From IMG/VR virus record IMGVR_UViG_3300020578_000056: a DNA stretch of 20,000 nucleotides; one strand, written 5' to 3'. This document shows, piece after piece, positions 17,036-20,000 of this stretch. Position numbers and translations under genes: made by a program. Within the stretch, counting starts at the first letter, position 1; every line of letters begins with the position of its first letter. The notes beneath the pieces are model-generated. The model was not told the DNA's origin and did no database searches. It saw nothing but the letters and a program-made list of their open reading frames with translations. This DNA comes from an uncultured virus (IMG/VR IMGVR_UViG_3300020578_000056) (taxonomy: Duplodnaviria; Heunggongvirae; Uroviricota; Caudoviricetes).

Positions 17036-17187
17036 CACCCGTTACCCCAATTTTTGGCTCCCACCTTGCGGCATTTGACCAGGGCTCCCGAGGCATAAGC
17101 CGAAGGCCATACCTTGTAGCGGGACTTAACCTTGCGGTAACAGGCGTCTTTGGGCTTTGTTTGCTTTTGTTGTCTTCCTAGCGGCAT
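17035..17187 (-). CDS. 50-aa basic protein with the WPSAYASGALVKCRK motif (not in ORF track)
   Basis: Hand translation: MPLGRQQKQTKPKDACYRKVKSRYKVWPSAYASGALVKCRKVGAKNWGNG*; starts 2 nt after the HNH stop. Confidence 0.8.
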   Translation of the reverse strand: MPLGRQQKQTKPKDACYRKVKSRYKVWPSAYASGALVKCRKVGAKNWGNG

Positions 17188-17189
17188 AA

Positions 17190-17435
17190 TTAGCGTCTCC
17201 AGCTGTTGTTGTCCCGGCCTCGGTTCAACCCTCGTGACATTGCCCGAAGATTAGCGGGACGGTTGTTTCGTGGATTGCCGTCTTTGTGGTCGATGTCTTT
17301 TCCATCTCCTTTTTTGACCTTGCCGGCGGCCATCGCCTTCCTCCGAGCCGCGTTTCTAGACGCTCTGTCTTTTTTCGCACGAGGCGAACTGTGGTACCGG
17401 CGGTACTCCATAGCGTAGTCGCGTCCAAGAGGCAT
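17190..17435 (-). CDS. Small HNH endonuclease-family protein
   Basis: RDY..EY..YH...RASRNAARR...GDGKDIDHKDGNPRNN..ANLR...NR; start ATG 17435 follows TGTTACAAT. Confidence 0.85.
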   Translation of the reverse strand: MPLGRDYAMEYRRYHSSPRAKKDRASRNAARRKAMAAGKVKKGDGKDIDHKDGNPRNNRPANLRAMSRGLNRGRDNNSWRR

Positions 17436-17441
17436 AGCGGA

Positions 17442-17468
17442 ATTGTAACAAAGCGTTTGTTTTGTCCA
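17442..17468 (-). promoter_or_regulatory. Putative leaderless promoter TGGACA-N15-TACAAT (extended -10)
   Basis: TGnTACAAT ends 6 nt before the ATG at 17435; no SD. Confidence 0.6.
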
Positions 17469-17513
17469 GAGGCTGTAAAAAATAATTTTTTTTTGTCCCC
17501 TCATCGTGATCGG

Positions 17514-17570
17514 TACTGATAATAGGGGGGTATATACCCTCCCAGGGTGGCCTACTGATTCTTTACTGAT
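17514..17570. other. Candidate genome terminus / packaging (pac or cos) site
   Basis: GGGGGGTATATACCCTCC near-palindrome at 17525-17542; three TACTGAT copies; adjacent A/T tracts; lies at the strand switch next to the HNH gene. Confidence 0.4.
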
Positions 17571-17585
17571 ATATGGTTTCGGGTT

Positions 17586-17608
17586 CAAAAACCCCTTCGG
17601 GGTTTTTG
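17586..17608. terminator. Hairpin with bidirectional intrinsic-terminator shape
   Basis: CAAAAACCCC-TTC-GGGGTTTTTG, a perfect 10-bp inverted repeat. Confidence 0.55.
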
Positions 17609-17714
17609 CGGGGTGGGTCGTGGCGATTTTTCGGCGGGGTTTTCGTTGGTTTTTTGCCATCGGCGGTCACCAAAGATTGCAAATGGCATATAACAATAAC
17701 CAATGGAGGTATGT

Positions 17715-18041
17715 ATGAAGCAAGTAGCTAAATGGATTGCTGGACTCTCCAGTCCAGCTTGTAACTTAATCAGTGAAGGTGGAAAGCGTGTTCTTCTGGT
17801 TGCCTTCCCAGCGGATTATATCATCAATAATTCGAACAAGGGCAAGAAGGACACTGGCTGGACATTCTTCTCTGATTATCAGTTGTCCACCAAGGGTCGT
17901 CCTCTCCCCACAGAGGGATTGCCCAATGGTAAATCAGTGTTCATCAAAGGAACCTTTGCCATTGTCCCTCACAAGGATGTGGTAGAGAAAGCTGATAATT
18001 CAGCGGAGCGGAAAGCCACCGAAGCAGAGTTGCTCGGATAA
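17715..18041 (+). CDS. Hypothetical early-type protein
   Basis: 108 aa; GGAGGT SD at 17705-17710; followed by its own terminator. Confidence 0.75.
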   Translation: MKQVAKWIAGLSSPACNLISEGGKRVLLVAFPADYIINNSNKGKKDTGWTFFSDYQLSTKGRPLPTEGLPNGKSVFIKGTFAIVPHKDVVEKADNSAERKATEAELLG

Positions 18042-18051
18042 CTTCCCAAGG

Positions 18052-18090
18052 AAGCCAGCGGGGTTCAATCCCCCGCTGGTTTTCTTTTTG
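18052..18090 (+). terminator. Rho-independent terminator
   Basis: CCAGCGGGG-TTCAATC-CCCCGCTGG followed by TTTTCTTTTT, just after the stop at 18041. Confidence 0.85.
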
Positions 18091-18119
18091 CACTTAACCC
18101 TTAACCACTGGAGGTTCCT

Positions 18120-18470
18120 ATGTTCACCTTACGAGCCAAGTTGATTGATGCTGGATTCCCCGATGTTAAGATGAACAACATCCTTACGGCGGGTGTTGAA
18201 ATTAGTCCTACTGCCAGAGCTTGTTATGCAGCGGAGTTGTTTAATGCTGGCAAAACCTTCTATAAACGCCATCTACGCAACGCTGGTGCTGTTCAAGTAT
18301 CTTACCCTAGCCGATTCAAGCTAGAGCTTGCTAGGGAGCGGGAGGACTACTTTCAACGCTCTCGGAAAGCGGAGCGGGAACTTGCAAGAGAGTGTCGTTC
18401 CCCAAGGGTTCCGAAGGAGCCGAAACCCCAGCGTCCTCGGATGACGCTGGAAGAGGTTCTGGGTTCATAA
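18120..18470 (+). CDS. Hypothetical protein
   Basis: 116 aa; GGAGGT SD at 18110-18115; last 140 nt overlap the TerS-like gene in antisense. Confidence 0.65.
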   Translation: MFTLRAKLIDAGFPDVKMNNILTAGVEISPTARACYAAELFNAGKTFYKRHLRNAGAVQVSYPSRFKLELAREREDYFQRSRKAERELARECRSPRVPKEPKPQRPRMTLEEVLGS

Positions 18471-18954
18471 CCCAATGGTTTTCTCTGTCGCCGTGAGAAT
18501 CTTGACAAATCTTGACACTTGCTGGTTCTGCAACTTGTTGCAATACAGCGATGTTGATAATTCCCTTGTTTCCAGAATTGGACTGATCCGTAAGGCCAAG
18601 TGCTGGACGAGCAATGCGATCAATCTTACCGAGTGCTTCAAAGTGTGCGTCTACTTCTTTTACGCTCGATGGGGTTTGGGTTTCGAGAACATCCAAGCCC
18701 CTATCGACTTGCTTTACTACACGCTCAAGATAACCACTGGCACGATTTGTTAGCGTTTGCACACTACGCTGGGTCGCTTTGGTCTGCGTTGCTTCGATCA
18801 ATGCCATCCTCTTTGCAACCCATCCGCCTCTTCTCATACGAGACTTAAGAGTCCCAGGATTCAAAGAGTACAACCTTTGAATCTCTGAGAGGCGAGTTCC
18901 TCTTAGATAGTCGGCTTCAACAAGTTTCCAGTCTATGCCCAAGTCCTTCGGCAT
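18331..18954 (-). CDS. Terminase small subunit-like HTH protein
   Basis: N-terminus IDWKLVEADYLRG..LSEIQRLYSLNPGTLKSRMRRGGW matches the TerS-type HTH; helical middle ending ARPALGL...INIAVL; upstream TTGACT-N16-TATAAG-N6-ATG. Confidence 0.7.
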   Translation of the reverse strand: MPKDLGIDWKLVEADYLRGTRLSEIQRLYSLNPGTLKSRMRRGGWVAKRMALIEATQTKATQRSVQTLTNRASGYLERVVKQVDRGLDVLETQTPSSVKEVDAHFEALGKIDRIARPALGLTDQSNSGNKGIINIAVLQQVAEPASVKICQDSHGDRENHWVMNPEPLPASSEDAGVSAPSEPLGNDTLLQVPAPLSESVESSPPAP

Positions 18955-18989
18955 AGATGACTTATACAGAAGGACATAAAGGAGTCAAG

Positions 18990-19229
18990 ATGCAACTAGG
19001 ACAATGGAGAGACAACAACAACCTTCGCCGAACGCTGAATAGTGTTCGACCGAAGACCAACTGGATCGTGCTTCGTAATGGACGGCCAGTATCGGGTCTT
19101 CGGCATCACTTCATCAGCGACTGCCGTGAGGAGGTAATGCATTGGGCAAAGATTATCCAAGCCTTCCCCGATGCCAGCAAACTGGCGTTGATGTCAGCCG
19201 ATGGGACTTATGTCCCCTTGAAAGCCTAG
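18990..19229 (+). CDS. Hypothetical protein
   Basis: Start ATG 18990 with AAGGAG SD; divergent from the TerS-like gene. Confidence 0.65.
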   Translation: MQLGQWRDNNNLRRTLNSVRPKTNWIVLRNGRPVSGLRHHFISDCREEVMHWAKIIQAFPDASKLALMSADGTYVPLKA

Positions 19230-19232
19230 TCA

Positions 19233-19439
19233 ATGCAACCCGCCATTAGGCTGGTTCAGCCACTGCCAACGATCCCCGAGCACCAGCTTCGGGATGCCTA
19301 CCTAACCATTGATTCACTTCGTGAAAGGATTCAGTTCCTAGAACAAGAGAATCAAAAGCTAACCAAGATCGTGAGTCGCATTAGTCGTGAGACATCACGC
19401 ATCTTTGAACCCTACGAGGAGGTTGTATGTTTGCCGTAG
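19233..19439 (+). CDS. Small coiled-coil protein
   Basis: IDSLRERIQFLEQENQKLTK heptads; 3 nt after the previous stop. Confidence 0.65.
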   Translation: MQPAIRLVQPLPTIPEHQLRDAYLTIDSLRERIQFLEQENQKLTKIVSRISRETSRIFEPYEEVVCLP

Positions 19440-19555
19440 TCTATCGGGATCGTGTCATTCAAAGGTTCGACAACCAGAATCTGGCCTTCCGATTCCTAAT
19501 TGCTCAAGGCTGGGAGTGGGATGACGAAGCCGTGATTCGGAGGTTGCCAGCTTGA
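19427..19555 (+). CDS. Hypothetical protein, 42 aa (not in ORF track)
   Basis: GAGGAGGT SD; MFAVVYRDRVIQRFDNQNLAFRFLIAQGWEWDDEAVIRRLPA*; fills the gap. Confidence 0.6.
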   Translation: MFAVVYRDRVIQRFDNQNLAFRFLIAQGWEWDDEAVIRRLPA

Positions 19556-19809
19556 GTGACCTTTGCCCTTGCTGCAACAAACCCACGGAGAAGGCACGAC
19601 GGGACTTGGATCTTGTCTACTGCCTTGCTTGTGCCACCCAAAACCCAACGCCCAAATACAAAGGGGCGATGGTCTACGCCCACAAGACTGGAGCTTCAGT
19701 GGAGCTGATGGCTCCCGAAACCTTCGCTGATTTGCGTAGGTATTCTAGGCGTATCGGCCAGCGTTCGACATTGAGGAATGTCCTATTCGCTGGCGGACGC
19801 AGTGTCTGA
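19552..19809 (+). CDS. DksA/TraR-like C4 zinc-finger protein
   Basis: CPCC...ARR...CLAC followed by GAMVYAHKTG; TTG start with GGAGGT SD. Confidence 0.6.
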   Translation: MSDLCPCCNKPTEKARRDLDLVYCLACATQNPTPKYKGAMVYAHKTGASVELMAPETFADLRRYSRRIGQRSTLRNVLFAGGRSV

Positions 19810-19825
19810 ACAACTCAAACAACAA

Positions 19826-19869
19826 GTCTTGACACGCATCTGCCTTAACGGGGATGCTGCTGTCAAGAC
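19826..19869. promoter_or_regulatory. Inverted repeat GTCTTGACA...TGTCAAGAC over a putative promoter
   Basis: 9-bp perfect arms plus an inner GCATC/GATGC pair; contains TTGACA; directly before an AAGGAGG SD. Confidence 0.55.
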
Positions 19870-19880
19870 AAGGAGGAATT

Positions 19881-20000
19881 ATGAACAGACTAAAAGCTAC
19901 GAATGAAACCGACAAAGGTGTCGAATGCATCCGAGTGGAAGCTGGCAACGGCGACGCCGGACTGCTCAAGATACTGGCACAGATTGCCGCCAAAGTGACT
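19881..20000 (+). CDS. Hypothetical protein, truncated by the window end
   Basis: AAGGAGG SD; MNRLKATNETDKGVECIRVEAG... open to the edge. Confidence 0.65.
   Translation, partial: MNRLKATNETDKGVECIRVEAGNGDAGLLKILAQIAAKVT

Larger units (their letters stand above)
1..20000. mobile_element. Tailed dsDNA phage (Caudoviricetes) genome or prophage segment, probably temperate
   Basis: Portal, TerL, TerS-like, HNH, integrase, Xis-like, phage-type PolA, DUF2800 nuclease and primase-helicase genes; dense ATGA-coupled small ORFs; no housekeeping genes. Confidence 0.96.

Noticed and set aside
17436..17660. N-terminal 75 aa of the 156-aa HNH ORF
   Set aside because: It reads through the palindrome, hairpin and promoter region; the HNH family pattern starts at ATG 17435
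18030..18100. tRNA gene
   Set aside because: Only a T-arm-like hairpin; no cloverleaf or CCA; position and U-tract fit a terminator

Overview
The whole window is a 20-kb piece of a tailed dsDNA phage, probably temperate; no host genes are visible. A Verrucomicrobia-like host is inferred only from the integrase style. From left to right: (i) a minus-strand packaging block with a portal gene running off the left edge (missed by the ORF track) and the large terminase; (ii) a divergent AT-rich spacer with a GTCAAGA repeat array (attP/operator candidate); (iii) a plus-strand operon of about 12.5 kb: tyrosine integrase, two ribbon-helix-helix (RHH) proteins, an excisionase-like HTH protein, RuvC-like resolvase, SF2 helicase, DUF2800/Cas4-like nuclease, probable SSB, a DUF5664-like protein, a run of small ORFs, family A DNA polymerase (Leu762 type), a 2OG-Fe(II) oxygenase and a primase-helicase; (iv) a candidate replication origin; (v) a minus-strand cassette with an HNH protein and small basic Cys-rich proteins; (vi) a candidate genome terminus/packaging site; (vii) plus-strand early-type genes with strong Shine-Dalgarno (SD) sites, interrupted by an isolated antisense TerS-like gene. 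The main leads are the GTCAAGA arrays in inverted orientation on both sides of the module separating TerS from TerL, late promoters with 15-16 bp spacers, a CI-less Int-RHH-RHH-Xis switch, a protein-level MPLGR N-terminal tag, and a possible nucleotide-modification trio. All family calls are by eye from motifs; no searches were run.
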